Of a DNA stretch of 64,000 nt, positions 37,635 through 50,349 are shown piece by piece. The notes beneath the pieces were generated by a model that saw nothing but the letters and a program-made list of their open reading frames with translations, did no database searches and was not told the DNA's origin. Origin of the DNA: Torpedo marmorata. Its lineage: Eukaryota. The translations under genes and the position numbers were made by a program. The stretch lies in contig OZ360221.1 in NCBI GenBank assembly GCA_977017645.1, positions 195,796,001 to 195,860,000 of the forward strand, in the 5' to 3' direction. Within the stretch, counting starts at the first letter, position 1. Every line of letters starts with the position of its first letter.

Positions 37635-40600
37635 CAAGGACTCTGCAGATACTGGGGAACTGGAACAATACACAAAAGTGCTGAAGGAACTCAGCAGGTC
37701 ACGCAGCATCCACGGAAAGCAATGGGCTGTCATTGTTTTGGACCTCTGTCCTTCATCAGAAAAGCCAAAAAATGAGCAAACACCCAAGTAAGAAGGTGGG
37801 GGTGGGGAGGGGAAAGGGTGGAGCACAGTTTTGCAGGGGATAGGTAGGTACAGGTGCGATAGGAAGGAAAGGAGTCAGACTTATGAGGGAAAGCGGGGGA
37901 GGGGGGGTGAAGAAAAAAAGAGAATGGGGGGAGCAGGTTGCCAAAAATTGGAGGTTTCTATTAATGCCACCTTCTCCTAAGTTTGACTAGAATAGTTCCT
38001 GTGGGAACACCTTAACCGAGTTTAAAATGGGGCAAATTTACAGTGCACAGAGAGGCAGACTTTCCCAACTCTGGCTTATTAAATAAACCATCGAATCATA
38101 GAATATTGATTTCATGACATTACATTCAGACCATCATGTCTCAGTCAAGGTAAACACCAAATTCACCGGAACGCTGAGAATGTTTCAGTCACAGACAGGG
38201 TTCCTGCCACTTACCTTTAATTTCGGTTCCCAGGTGAAATCCATTGTCCTTCCCAATAGAGCCACTGTCATCTAAAAAGAAGGAACAAAACATAAAAAGG
38301 CTATTATGTTATGATTCACGGGCAACTAAAGCAGAAAATGCTGGCCAAGCAGCATCTATAGAGAAAAATAAACAGAATTAATTCTTCGGTTTGACAGTTT
38401 GTCATCACAGTAGGAGTTGTTAATGTTTTGACCAAGACCCTGATCAGTTCTGAGAGTGGAGAGAGGAGAGCCAGTATGAAGGGCAGAGGGTGAGGTGTGA
38501 GGCATGGGCTTGTAGGTGATGGGTGGACTGAGGTGGGCGTGGGAGAGGGATGGAATTGGGAAACAGAGACAGATGGTGATGGGTAGAAGCAGACAAGGAA
38601 CAAAAATGCAATAGAGCCAGGTTTGGGGGGTGGGGGGGAGGTATGGCTGGGGTGGGGGAAGGAAGGGTGAAGTGTAGACAGAAGCTGGAGGGTCATAACT
38701 GGGGACACAAGGCCTACAAGTGCTGGAATGTGTTAAGCATGGAGGCGATAAGGGGAACTATTAAGATGAGAGGTGAAGGCCAGATGGAACGAAATGGGGA
38801 AGGGGATCCAATAGTTGACGTGAGCGGGTAGAAGGTGAATGGAATCAGGAAGGGGAGGGGGTGGGAAAATGGGTAATGGTGTCTGGAAGAGAACAAAATT
38901 GGGAAGACTGGAGGTGCATCCAAAGGAGATAGAGGAACACAGGAGGTAAGGGTTAACTGAAAATGAAACATTCAATGTTCATACCACTGGACTGCAGCCA
39001 CCCAGGCAGAGGACAGACAAGGCGGTGTGGGAAGGGGAAGGGGAATTGAAAATTAGGGACAAAAATATCTTAAAATACAAAATAAATGGGGAGACGAGGA
39101 AATGGAAGGCCTGTTCTAGGGTGGAAAGCAGCACAGATTAAACAACAAAAGGGATAATAAGGTGAGGTGAAATAAGGTGACAACTGGAAAATATAAACAA
39201 TATTTTTCAGAAGGTAGGGTCAACGAAATGTTATGCCAAATTATCATAAGGAGCGATTACTTAAAATTCAAAATGATTGATCTCCACGTTGAGTCTAGAA
39301 AGCTCTTATACACCTTGTTTTAAGCTTAGCTGGCACGCCTTGAGTGTATGTAAAAGTTTGTTCTGACAGGGTAGGTAGCTGAAGGTACAGAGGTCAACAC
39401 TGTGAGAGAGAGAGTTAAAGTAGAAGGCAATTGGCTCAGTCACTTCTGAGACTGGGCAGTAAGTATACGAAGTTGAAAAAAGGGCAGAATAAATCATTGC
39501 TTCAGCTGGAATATGTTTGTTCGCTGGGAGATGAGAAAAACAACAAAATGCTGGTAGAACTGCGGGTCATATAACATCTATGAGGGAAAAGGAATTGTGG
39601 GTGTTTCAGGACAAGAGCTTGCTTTGGACTGAGAGTGGAGAGGGAAGAGAGCTGGTACATAAAGAGCGACAATTGACAATATCAGAGGAAATCTGTTTAA
39701 GGTTCGTGGATGAAGGTTTAGGGGAGAAGTCAGAGGAAGGCTTTTTTTACAGAGAATGGTGGGTGCCTGGAATGCATTGCTGGAGCACTTAAATGACTCT
39801 TAGAAAGGCATATGGATGTAAGAAAAATGGAGGGTTATGGGCTGTGAGGGAGGGAAGGGTTTGACTGATGTGGAGCAGATTTACATCGGTCGGCACAACA
39901 TTGTGGGTCGAAGGGCCAGTACTGTCCTCCCCCTCTCCTTATATGTTCTATAAGGAGGAAAGGGAGGGTGAGACAGGAGCCAATACATGATAGGTGAACA
40001 GAAGAGGAGTGAAAGATGGTTGGCAGATGGTGCCAAATGGGAGAGGGTGCAGGGTGGAGTTGGGAGATTGAGGCAGGTAGGTTATAGATAGAAGCAGGCA
40101 AGGAATAAAAAGGCAGATGGAGCCAGGTGGAGAGAGGAGAGTGTGATGGAGACAGCTGCTGGACGATGATAATCAGGGACACAAAAGTGCAGGAGTCTGG
40201 GAAGTAAGGAAGGTGATAATGGGAAGCATTAAGCGAGAGGCGAAGGACGGATGGAACCAAATAGTGAGGGTATCTGGTGGGTGAAGTGTGTGGGTAGTAA
40301 GGGGAGCAGGATGAAATGGAGGATGGGGAGCTAAAAGGAGAGGTATGGGAAAGGGGACAAAAATGGGAGAATTGCAGGGAGATCATAAAATGTGAGAGAG
40401 AGGGGAACACAAGAGGTAAGGGTTCAAAGTTGAAACTATTGCATTGTGGACCACGCAAGGGGAATACAGGGTTTTGTTCTTCCTGTTTATGTTGGGCCTC
40501 ACCCTGCCAGTGGAGAAGAATGAGGACAGACATAAGGCTTAGGGAATGGGAAGGGGAATTACAATGGAATGCAACCGGAGGCTCAGAATGATCACTGTAG

Positions 40601-41745
40601 TCAGAGCGCAAGTGCTCTGCAAACTGGTCACTGGTCTGTGCTTGGTCTCACCGGCGTAGAGAAGGCCACATCGGGAGCACAGAATGCAGCAGACAAGGTT
40701 GCAGGTGTACGTGAATCTTTGTCTCACCTGGAAGCAACTTTAAGTTCCCTAGATGGTGGTGAGGGCTGCGGTGTGGGAAGAAATGTTGGCTCATCATGCT
40801 TTTCTCTTTCCTTCACCCTCCTGGTTCCATCCACCTACTATCACAGGATCTCCTCCCCCATCTTGTTCATCTGCCCTTCATTTCTCCCTCAGTAGTTCCC
40901 ATCATCATGCCCTTTACTTATCCCATTCCAGCACTGGTAGCTGCGAATTTCAGCTAATCACCCTCTGCAGCTGTCTCCACCTTGTCCCCTCCCTGCTCTT
41001 GACTCCATCTGCTTGCTTTATCCTTGACTGCTTCCACCTATCACCCAATTCCCTGTGTCTCCCAACTCTACCCCTTCTCTCCATCATCTGTCTCCATCTG
41101 CCCATCATTCTTCACCTCCTCCGTCCCACTATCATCTATTGGCCCATGACTCACCCCTCCCCCTCTCCTCTTTATACTGGCCATCTTCCCTCTCCACTCT
41201 CAGTCCTTGGCCCGAAACATCAGCAATTCCTTTCCCCCCAACAGGGTCAATTAATTTAAAGATTGATCTCAATTAATTTAAAGATTGTTCTCAATGGAAC
41301 TGAGTTCCTCCAGTAGTTTGTCTTTTGCTCCAGACTCCAGTGTCTGCAGTCTCTTGTGTCTCTACCTCAAAGAAATATGCTGCATTTCCTGCTGTTGCAC
41401 AGGACGGTGCCAAAGGAAGTGGAGTGAGTGGGTCATGGTGGAGAGCAAAATAAAGTGTTCTGTACTGAATATTCCCTTTGAAGTTCTGAAACTGGAGGAG
41501 AGCGGGAGATGTGACTCACAGTGGTGTTGGAAACTGAGAAGGATGATCTGTTGAATCTGGTTGGTGTGGTGAGAAGCAAAGTGAGGGGGTGGGGGGAAAT
41601 CCTATCCTGGTTCGATGGGAGAAAACAGTGAGGGAAGAAATAGAACAAACACTGCTGAGGGGACTGCAGTGGGAGGGAAAGCACAGTTAAGGAAGAAAGC
41701 ATATTGTAAGCAATAGTGTGGAAGCGATTGTCTTAAAAATGATGG
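37635..41745 (-). mobile_element. Cluster of degenerate Penelope-like fragments, mostly minus strand (plus-strand pLTR at ~40790-41365; CR1 piece at ~39680-39925)
   Basis: GIY-YIG remnant (CSRCGLLYAGETKHR, 40539-40727), purine-rich pLTRs, and HHR-like motifs at ~37730-37765, 38420-38450 and 41200-41225. The span also contains the host exon 38215-38271. Confidence 0.75.
38215..38271 (-). CDS. 57-nt exon of the unidentified gene (MTVALLGRTMDFTWEPKLK in phase 0)
   Basis: Near-consensus acceptor ttttgttccttctttttag and donor AAG|gtaagt; length is a multiple of 3. Confidence 0.8.
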
Positions 41746-42647
41746 AGAGAGCCTGTTGTGTTTGCCATTCATTGATCCCATGTTGTTGCTGATTGTTATC
41801 AGTGTCTGGCGAGTGATGCCATTTCTTTAAATCAAAGTGGGATCATCTCTGGACAATGAAATCAAATGATGAACCGCTGATACAGTTGTAATGATATCTT
41901 CCACCTCATTGCCTTCTTGGTCTCAGACACGGCTCTTGGGGGCAATCATTTCCAAGAATGAGCAGGTTAAGCATCTGCTCATGGTTTTGGGGAATGATGA
42001 TTGTAACTTTCACAGCTTCCTGTCTGGTAGCTGTATGCTTTAATTAAACAAAATGGTCAAAACACTTAGCACACTATGGACTTGATGAGATGCAACTTAG
42101 CCCATAATGTCTGTTTCTGCAATAAACCTTGTTAATTTTGTCCCACCATGGATTTCAATTATCTGTAGTTTATCTCATCTGAAGAAATTAACAGAGGCTG
42201 GTGCTCAGGTTGGTATCTGTGGTATGTTTTCAGAAAATCAGAAAAGAAGAATATACAAATAATTATAGTTCTATTTAAAATGACAAAAAAAAAGAAAAAT
42301 CCCTTGTGTCACACTGGGTCAGACAGCTTGATTTGTCACAGAGTCATAGAGCATGGAAACAGGCCAAGCCTATTTCTTCTAGCCAACGAGAAGAACATGT
42401 AAATACTCAATTTAAAGACACACTTCAACATCCCTCTTAATCTTGGTATTGAGGAGCAAGTCCTGTGGATGTTTCTGAGTATCTTGTATCACAATAATGA
42501 TTTCTTCCCACCAAAATATTTTATGCATGAAATGTCTTCATTGATCCAATTATTTATCTTCATCCTGATTTGTTGTTTTACTGTCAAGCTCTCTCTAACT
42601 AGATTAATAATCAATTTTAGTAGAATCTGCATGACAATAGTGCTTAC

Positions 42648-42748
42648 TTGCTGTCTAGCCTTGGTCACCTCTCCAATTACTGCTTTCAAGGATATCCTTC
42701 CATTGAGATCAATCTTTAAATTAATTCTGCCAATGGAAGAGTTCAGGC
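42648..42748 (-). CDS. Exon of the unidentified gene (GLNSSIGRINLKIDLNGRISLKAVIGEVTKARQQ); 5' boundary uncertain
   Basis: Donor CAA|gtaagc, phase 0. The acceptor aaaccag (phase 1) is weak; an alternative acceptor at 42832 would make this exon non-coding. Confidence 0.55.
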
Positions 42749-42964
42749 CTGGTTTTATCCAAATTCCCAACACGCACTAATGTCCAGAAATTTTTCTCTA
42801 ATCCATGACATCCAATTGCAATTTTATGGTACCTTTGACATAACAAAAATGTCCCAAAGCACTTCAGAAAATTTAGCCCCAATCAAAAAGCAAATGAGAA
42901 GTCAGTTGCTTAAAGGGGTAAGTAAAATGGAAAACACTTGTAATACCCAGCACACCATTCAGCA

Positions 42965-43143
42965 TTTTTTTAAAAATTAGACATAGAGCAGAGTAACAGG
43001 CCCTTTCAGCCCATGTCCAATTATACCCAATTGACCTACAATCCCGCTACGTTTTGAAGGTTGGGAAGAAACCGGAGCATCCAAAGGAAACTCATGCAGA
43101 CACGTGGAGAAACTACAAACTCCTTACAGACAGCGCCAGATTT
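42965..43143 (-). mobile_element. tRNA-derived SINE (HE1-like), 5'-truncated
   Basis: Reverse complement of the family core and tail. Confidence 0.85.
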
Positions 43144-43617
43144 GTGGAGAGAGAAACAATTCTCATTTCAGTTAACACATTAAGTCAGAAATAAATTGAA
43201 ATAACGCAAGCAATAGATTCATGGAAATAAGGGAGAGGAGGAAAGACAAAAGAAAGTCTTATTACTGAGGCGGGATAAGAAAGATTAAGGTGCAAATGGA
43301 ATAATGGTGCAAAATGGTAATAAAAGAATGAGTGCAAGAAAAAAAAAGACATAAATGAGAATAACAGAATCATTACATCAAGTTCAAGTTCAGATTTATC
43401 ATCAGAGTACATACATGACATCACATTAAACCCTGACACTCTTTTTCCTGCGGGCCAGGCAGAATTTCTACTTATTGGTACTGTAAACTGTACTCAAAAA
43501 ATATACATATAAAAAAGAGAGAAATGCAAACAAAGAAAGAAATGTAAACAGACTGACTGTGTAAATACAAAAAAAAACTATTCAGTAATAAATAATGTGC
43601 AAAGTAAGAGTCATTAG

Positions 43618-43862
43618 ATGGCACAGTTAGCGTAGCAGTTAGCGCGACGCTATTACAGCGCCGGCAACCCGGGTTCGAATCTGGCGCTGTCTGTAAAGAG
43701 TTTGCACGTTCTCCCCGTGTCTGCGTGGGTTTCCTCCGGGTGCTCCAGTTTACTCCCACCTTTCAAAATGTACAGGGGTTGCAGGTTCATTTGGGTATAA
43801 GGGTGGCACGAGCTCGACGGTTGGAAAGGCTTGTTACTGTGCTGTATCTTGAAATTAAATTC
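43618..43862 (+). mobile_element. tRNA-derived SINE (HE1/V-SINE-like)
   Basis: B box ggttcgaatc, plus family core and tail. Confidence 0.9.
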
Positions 43863-44292
43863 ATATTAAATGAGTCTCTGATTGAGTATGTTGTTTGGGA
43901 GCCTGATGGTGGTGGGGGGGGGGGTAGGAACTCATTCCATAACCTGGTGGGGGTACGAGTCCTGTGGCACATATACCTCTTTCCTTTTGGCAGCATTGAG
44001 AACAGAGCATGTCCAGGATAGTGTAGTTCCTTGATGATTGCTGCTGCTCTCTGACAGCAGCGTTCCACATAGATTTTCTCGATGGTGGGGAGAGTTTTGC
44101 CTGTGATGTACTAGTTTGTGTCCAAAACCTTTTGCAGGGGTTTCCGCTCCGAGGTAATGGTCCCCCCCCCCCCCATACCAGAGTGATGCAGCCGGTCAGC
44201 ACAATTTCCACTATAAACCTGTGGAAGTTTGCCAAGGTTTCAGATGTAATACTGAACCTCCGCAAACTCCTGAGGAAGTAGAGGTGCCTACA

Positions 44293-45895
44293 TGATTTCA
44301 AATTCATGATTCCTTTATTGTCATGTAATACAGGTACATAATCTTTTATCCGAAACCCTTGGGACCAGACACTTTTCAGAATTCAGAATTTTTCGGATAA
44401 TAGAATAATAGTAACGGCGGTACGTTAAGTAATTGCGCTGATTTCAGATTCGCGCAAAACAAAGACACACTCCAACTAGAAGGGTCTTTGGATGGGGGGG
44501 CGCTGGACGGTGAGGGGGGGGGTGGCAACGGCGCTGGACGTGGGTGGGGGGTGGTAAATGAAGTGAGATAAAGATAGACCATAAAATTACTAGCATACTT
44601 TTTATTTTTAAGTAAAACATACAGTAAAACTTCAAACATTAACATCACTGTCACTGTAAAACTTCAACAACTTTTTCTGCTTTTTAAGTCATATATGGTG
44701 GTCGTTCCCATACCATAATCTTCAGTAAGACGCTGCACAGATACACCACAATCAAGCTTCTGCAATAACTCTACTTTCTGCGCTATCGATAATGACAGAC
44801 GCTTCCTTTTCTGCTTCTCTCTGTTACCCATAGAGGACTCTGCAGCTCTTTTTGACATTTTCACAGTCTTCAAAGTCTGTGAACAGCAGAGGCATGTCTG
44901 ACTGGTAGGAGCACTGAGACACGGCGCTGGACGGGGGTGGGTTGTGTCGGGTCATGTTTGGCGCCAAACGTGAGCTTTGGTGTGCAGACGACATCTTTGG
45001 AAAAAATGTTCGGTTTTCGGAGGTTTCGGTTTTCAGAATTTTGGATAAAACATTATGTACCTGTAGTCCCGAACGTAATATTTCACGAAATGGCCATCTG
45101 CCTGCCAAAAGCCAGACAAAGAGTCGCCATTAGTGTTGCCTGGTGCCCCTTACAGTACAAGAGAAAGAGGAGCAAAAGAGAGTCCATTCAGTCACCAAGT
45201 GTCCATGGATTCTCCTCCAGCGCTCCCGCAGCCTCGGCAGCTGCACAAACTCCCGTTCGATTCATCGGCAACCCGAGCTCCAGATCCAAACCTCTGACAC
45301 AATCAGGAAGCCTTCAGCACCCAAGGCCTTTTGGGAGCCCTTCTTTCCCTCAGCACCCTCTCGAATCACGGATCCAATATCTGGTTCCCATGAACCAGTC
45401 TCCAGCAGCCCGAAGCCCATGTGAGTCCCCCGACCACAAGTCACACGCAGCCTGTGTCACTCCTTTAATTGCTGAGTCCCTCGCTGTTCTGCTACCATGA
45501 TCACCATCCGGTAGGGTCCTTCAGTCGCTGAGACCTCGCTGATCTGCCGCCATAGTCACTGTCCTGGAGGGTCGTCTCCTTTGCTTTTCCTTCTCAACGA
45601 GGGGTGTTCTCCGTTTCTAGTGCCCTGCGCCTGTCCGCTGCTCCATGGAGTCTACAATTCCTCGTGGCTGCTGCCCAGCACAGGCGCTGCCATCTTGGGC
45701 ACAGACACGTGGTTGCAGGATTTTAGTTAAAAACAACGTCAGCTCCTTTAACAGGCCGTTTACCGTCTGTACGGATCCGCTGGCATTAGGACAATGCGTT
45801 TTGAACCCTATGGAGCATCGCTGTGTCTCCTCTCTCCCGGGTCCACACCAGAGACAACACGGTTATTACAGCAGCTACGATAGTGCCGCCATTTT
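44293..45895 (-). mobile_element. GC-rich retroposon, copy 2, split by a Tigger element
   Basis: Tail at 44293-44330, body at 45064-45895. Confidence 0.85.
44331..45063 (-). mobile_element. Tigger/pogo-family internally deleted DNA transposon
   Basis: TIRs caggtacataatcttttatccgaaa / tttggataaaacattatgtacctg with TA on both sides. CENP-B/Jerky-like HTH KRKRLSLSIAQKVELLQKLDCGVSVQRLTEDYGMGTTTIYDLK at 44664-44873. Confidence 0.92.
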
Positions 45896-47371
45896 TTTTC
45901 TTCACAATGACATTACTGTGTTGGGTCCAGAAAAGATCCTCCGAGATAATGACTCCCAGGAATTTAAATTTGCTTAACTTCTCCACCTCTGCTCCCCCAA
46001 TGATCACTGGATCATACACCTCTGGTTTACCCTTTCTAAAGACCACAATCAGCTCCTTGGCTTTGAAGTCATTGAGTGCGAGGTTGTTGTTAGTACACCA
46101 TTCAGCCAAGTTTTCAATTTCTCTCCTGTAGGCTGACTCATCACCCCTTTTTATACAACCCACTACCATGGTATCATAAGCAAATTTGCAGATGGTGTTA
46201 TTGTTGAACCGAGCCACAGAGTCATAGGTGTAAAGCGAGTAGAGCAGGGGGCTAAGAATGCAGCCATCTGGTGCTTCGGTACTGATGGAGATTGTGGAGA
46301 TGTTCTTACCAATCCTCACTGAATGTGGTCTATAGGTGAGGAAATCCAGGATCCAATTACACAATGGGGTATTAAGTCCCAGGTCTTGGAGTTTGCTGAT
46401 CAGTTTTGAGGGGATGATGGTGTTGAATGCTGAATTGTAGTCGATAAAGCGCATCCTGATGTATGCATCTTTGCTGTCCAAGTGTTCCAGGGTTTTGTGT
46501 AGAGCCAGTGAGATGGCATCTGCTGTAGACCTGTTGCTGCAGTAGGCAAATTGGAATGGAACAATGTCGCTGCTCAAACAGGAGCTAATATGCTTCATCG
46601 TCAGCCTCTCAAAATACCTCATCACTGTGGATGTGAGTGTCACTGGTCAGTAGTCATTTTGGCAGGTTACCACACTCTTCTTGGGTACAGGTACAATTGA
46701 AGCCTGTTTGGAACAGGTGGGTCCCACGCCCTGTCAGAGTGAATTGTTGAAGATATCCATGAAAACATTGGCCAGTTAGTCAGCCCAGGTTTTCAGTTCT
46801 CAGCCGGGTACTCTGTACGGACCGGATGCTTTCCTTGGATTCACTCTCCTGAAGGCAGCCTGCACGTTATCCTCAGATACTGACAGTGGAGGATCATGAA
46901 GGAACGTGGTGATGTGCAGTGGTTCTTCCTTGATCTTATGGTCAAATCGGGCATAGAAGACATTGAGCTCATCTGGGAATGGAGCTTTGGTGTTTCCTAA
47001 AGCACCGGATTTGGTTTTGTCGCAGGTTATGTCATTTAGGCCCTGCCACAGCTGTCCTTCATTGTTTCCATTCTTGTCTGGAATCTCCACTTCACACGGG
47101 TGATGGCTTTTGTAGGTCATACCTGCTCCTTGTGTCGTATTCTGGTTCTCTGGACTTAAATGCCTGTGATTTGGCTCTCACCAGGTTCTGGGTTTCATTC
47201 TTCATCCAGGGATTCTGTTTGGGGAAAACCCTGAACGATATCTACAATTATTTGACTTGGTGAAGTCAGGATGGCTGTAATGTACTCAACTGTAATGTAC
47301 TCAACTGAAAGGTGAAGTGATGTGAAAGTGAGCTTCAATGGGATGATGTAGGAGATCAAGGACAGAGAGTA

Positions 47372-47915
47372 TAGGAGTGTGCTGACCGGCTGCATCACGG
47401 TCTGGTATGGGGACACCAATACCCCTGAGCGTAAAGCCCTCCAAAAGGTAGTGGACACAGCCCAGAACATCACAGGCAAAACCTTCACCACTATCAAGAA
47501 CATCTACAGGGAACGCTGCCATTGGAGAGCAGCAGCAATCATCAAGGATCCACACCACCCAGAGCACGCTCAGTTCTCGCTGCTGCCATAAAGAGGTATA
47601 GGTGCCACAAGACTCGCACCACCAGGTTCAGGAACAGCTGCTACCCCTCTACCATCAGACTCCTCAACAACAAACTCAATCAGGGATTCATTTAAGGACT
47701 CTTACTTTTGCACTTTATTGATTTTTTTAATTCTCTCTGTATTGCACAGTTTGTTTACATTCGTTATCTGTTTACAGTTCTTTATTTGTTTACATGTATA
47801 CACTGCGTACAGTTTTTTTTGCACTACCAGTAAGTGGTAATTCTGCCTCGCCCACAGAAAAAAGAATCTCAGGGTTGTATGTGATGTATGTACTCTGACA
47901 ATAAATCTGAAATCT
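47372..47915 (+). mobile_element. Rex1 3' fragment
   Basis: LTGCITVWYG...IIKDPHHP; tail gacaataaatctgaaatctga. Confidence 0.9.
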
Positions 47916-47929
47916 GAGGAGTGGGAAGG

Positions 47930-48900
47930 AGAATTAGATGAGGAGTGATCTGCAGCTAGGTCTTTTATAAAGCAGTCACCCGATTTCGAATTGTTCTCCG
48001 CAAAGTTTAGGTGGCTGCATTTTGAATGGTGAAAGACATATAAATAAATCACTATTTCACCTTAGGTGTATTTACATCCCTGGGCATTTGAAAGGAAGAT
48101 GAAACATGGATGTTGCATCAACTGTGATTGCATAGGAAGATATCATGGGAAAGCAATGGTTGTTCATGGTGGCGATGGAGTGAATTTGGTGTTGTGGAGG
48201 GAACGGTAAAAAGAGAGGAAGGCAGAAGATTTGTTCCATGTTGACAATGAATGACAAATCATTTGTTTGGAGGCTGGTGAAGAAACTGAAATAACAAAGA
48301 AAACAGCATATTCGGCTGTGATGGGGAGAATCTCTGGTTGAGGAAAAAGAAAGACTCATCTGAAGCTTTTTACAATAAAAGGTGGCCCTGTCAGAATATA
48401 TGCAATGCACGCAGAGAAGCTCGGAGAATACAATGGACCTCCATGTGAAAGGCAGTGTAGTTAAGATTACATTGGTAGTCAGAGGCTTTAAAGTGAATCA
48501 CAGCTGCTGACCTAGCCCCAGAAATACTGAAGACGAAGTCATGGATGTTAAGAGAGGGATCTACACGATATGAAACTGACAAAATAATGGCAATAATGGT
48601 GATGTTGATGATATTTTCCAGGAGAAATGGTGGTGATTTAGTCCTCGGAAAGTGATAATGTAGAACTGGGGCAAAGAATGTTTTGCACATCCCACAAAAA
48701 GGGAGGCATAGCTGGGACCCAAACTCTTTTACATGGCAAGACCACTTATTTTGAGGAGGTGAGCAAAGAAATTGTTCAACGTGAAAACAATTTCAGCCAC
48801 AGGTGAAGGGGGAAAGTAGAGGAGGGGGGATCATTTTGTCTTCTGTTCAAGGAAGAAGTAAAGAGTTCTGAAACAGTCTTGCTTTATGATCCATTTGAAA
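47930..48900 (-). mobile_element. Old Penelope-like RT remnant
   Basis: Minus strand gggtcccagctatgcctccctttttgtggga (GPSYA.LFVG) near 48690-48720. Confidence 0.55.
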
Positions 48901-48994
48901 GGCTCTATCAGTAAATATTTGGACATTCATTGTGCAATCTGTTCCTGCCTCCAGCTGCATACCTAGCCCCAAATCTGGCTGCCTTCTGGCCTCC

Positions 48995-49400
48995 TTCCAG
49001 CCAATACCTTGTCCCATTCCTGGCAACATTCCAGCCAATACCTTGTCCCATTCCTGGCAACATTCCAGCCAATACCTTGTCCCATTCCTGGCAACATTCC
49101 AGCCAATACCTTGTCCCATTCCTGGCAACATTCCAGCCAATACCTTGTCCCATTCCTGGCAACATTCCAGCCAATACCTTGTCCCATTCCTGGCAACATT
49201 CCAGCCAATACCTTGTCCCATTCCTGGCAACATTCCAGCCAATACCTTGTCCCATTCCTGGCAACATTCCAGCCAATACCTGGTCCGATTCCTAGCCACA
49301 TTCCGGACAATTCCTGGCCCCATCCCTGGCTAATACCTGGTCCCATCGCTGCCCACAATCTGGGCCATGCACCTGGCCCCATCCCTGGCCACATTCTGGT
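48995..49400. repeat. Minisatellite, 34-bp unit ttccagccaataccttgtcccattcctggcaaca; 8 identical copies then degenerate
   Basis: Unit starts recur every 34 bp from 48995 to 49267. Confidence 0.97.
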
Positions 49401-49754
49401 CATAAAGCTGATCCAATTCCTACCTCATGAGAAAAATGAGAGCATAAAAGCAATAGTAGGCCACTCAGCCCCTCAAGACTGTGCCATTATTCTTTAGGAT
49501 TATGGCTCATCTGCTTCAGGCCTTTTCCTCTTCTGTGCCAGTTTCCCATAACCCTTAATTCCCTGATCTTTTAAAAATATACTTATTTCCTCTTTAAACC
49601 CTAACCCTAATCCCCACTGATCTATGCTTCATAACACTCTGGGATAGAGAATTTTGGTTCAATTACTACCCTCTGCATGAAGTTCCAACATACTTCCATT
49701 TTAAATGATTGTTGCCTAATCTTGCCATTATCTTCTCAACATCTACGTTGTCAT

Positions 49755-50345
49755 CAGGGGTACAGTGCTAATTTTTTAGGTGCCGGAGCTCACCAAAAAC
49801 AGCGACAAGGAAGTCTCGCGAGACCCGGCCTTGGTGGCCGCCATGTTGTATTTGGCGTTCTATAATTGAGAGTGTTGTATAATATGACAAAGTATTGCAC
49901 GGTTGCACTCACTAATTATCATAAAATATAATTATCAATCAGTAAAGATCACCTTCATTATCACTTTCACATTTCAAAGAAACTATGAGGGCGGTCTTAA
50001 TGCTCAGGCTTGTTGATTCATCAATGAGAACAGAAATTTTGCCATTTATCTGCTTGATATGCTGGCAAATTTTCTTTTTCATATTAATGGCTATGTGATT
50101 AATTATCTCTGTTAGTGCGGGTATGCAGTCCAACTCCAATGTCAATACCATTTTTGTTTTGAAGTTCCAGTAAGCCAAAGTGATCAGAGTATGGTCTGTC
50201 ATTCTGAGCTAAAAAATATGCAGAACGAAAAATTGAACTCCCTGCTCTCTCTCTCTCTCTCTCTCTCTCCCTCTCCCACATCCTGCTCCTCTCTCCTCCC
50301 CCCCTGCTCTCTCCTCACTCCCCTGAATATTTTCTACTTCACTCA
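49755..50345 (-). mobile_element. hAT-family transposon end with transposase remnant (ZNF862/KIAA1586-like)
   Basis: AYFLAQNDRPYSDH..LLELQ.KNG and KISVLIDESTS in ORFs 50099-50281 and 49939-50202. Terminal caggggtacagtgctaattttttaggtgccggagctcacc. Confidence 0.75.
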
Positions 50346-50349
50346 TTTA

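Larger units (their letters stand above)
43378..47270 (-). mobile_element. Rex1/Babar LINE with three nested insertions (tRNA SINE, GC-rich retroposon, Tigger)
   Basis: RT in 45897-46643 ([12 protein letters not shown]), KASGP in 46800-47120, C-terminus in 43863-44290, tail in 43378-43617. Confidence 0.9.

Noticed and set aside
43618-43690. tRNA gene
   Set aside because: The A/B boxes belong to a SINE head followed by the family core and tail.
48847-49497. Repetitive ORFs or a CRISPR-like array
   Set aside because: Contiguous 34-bp tandem units with no spacers and no cas genes; the ORFs are artefacts of a stop-free unit.
49596-49610. Interstitial telomeric repeat (CCCTAA)2
   Set aside because: Only two units within a CR1 remnant; compatible with chance.
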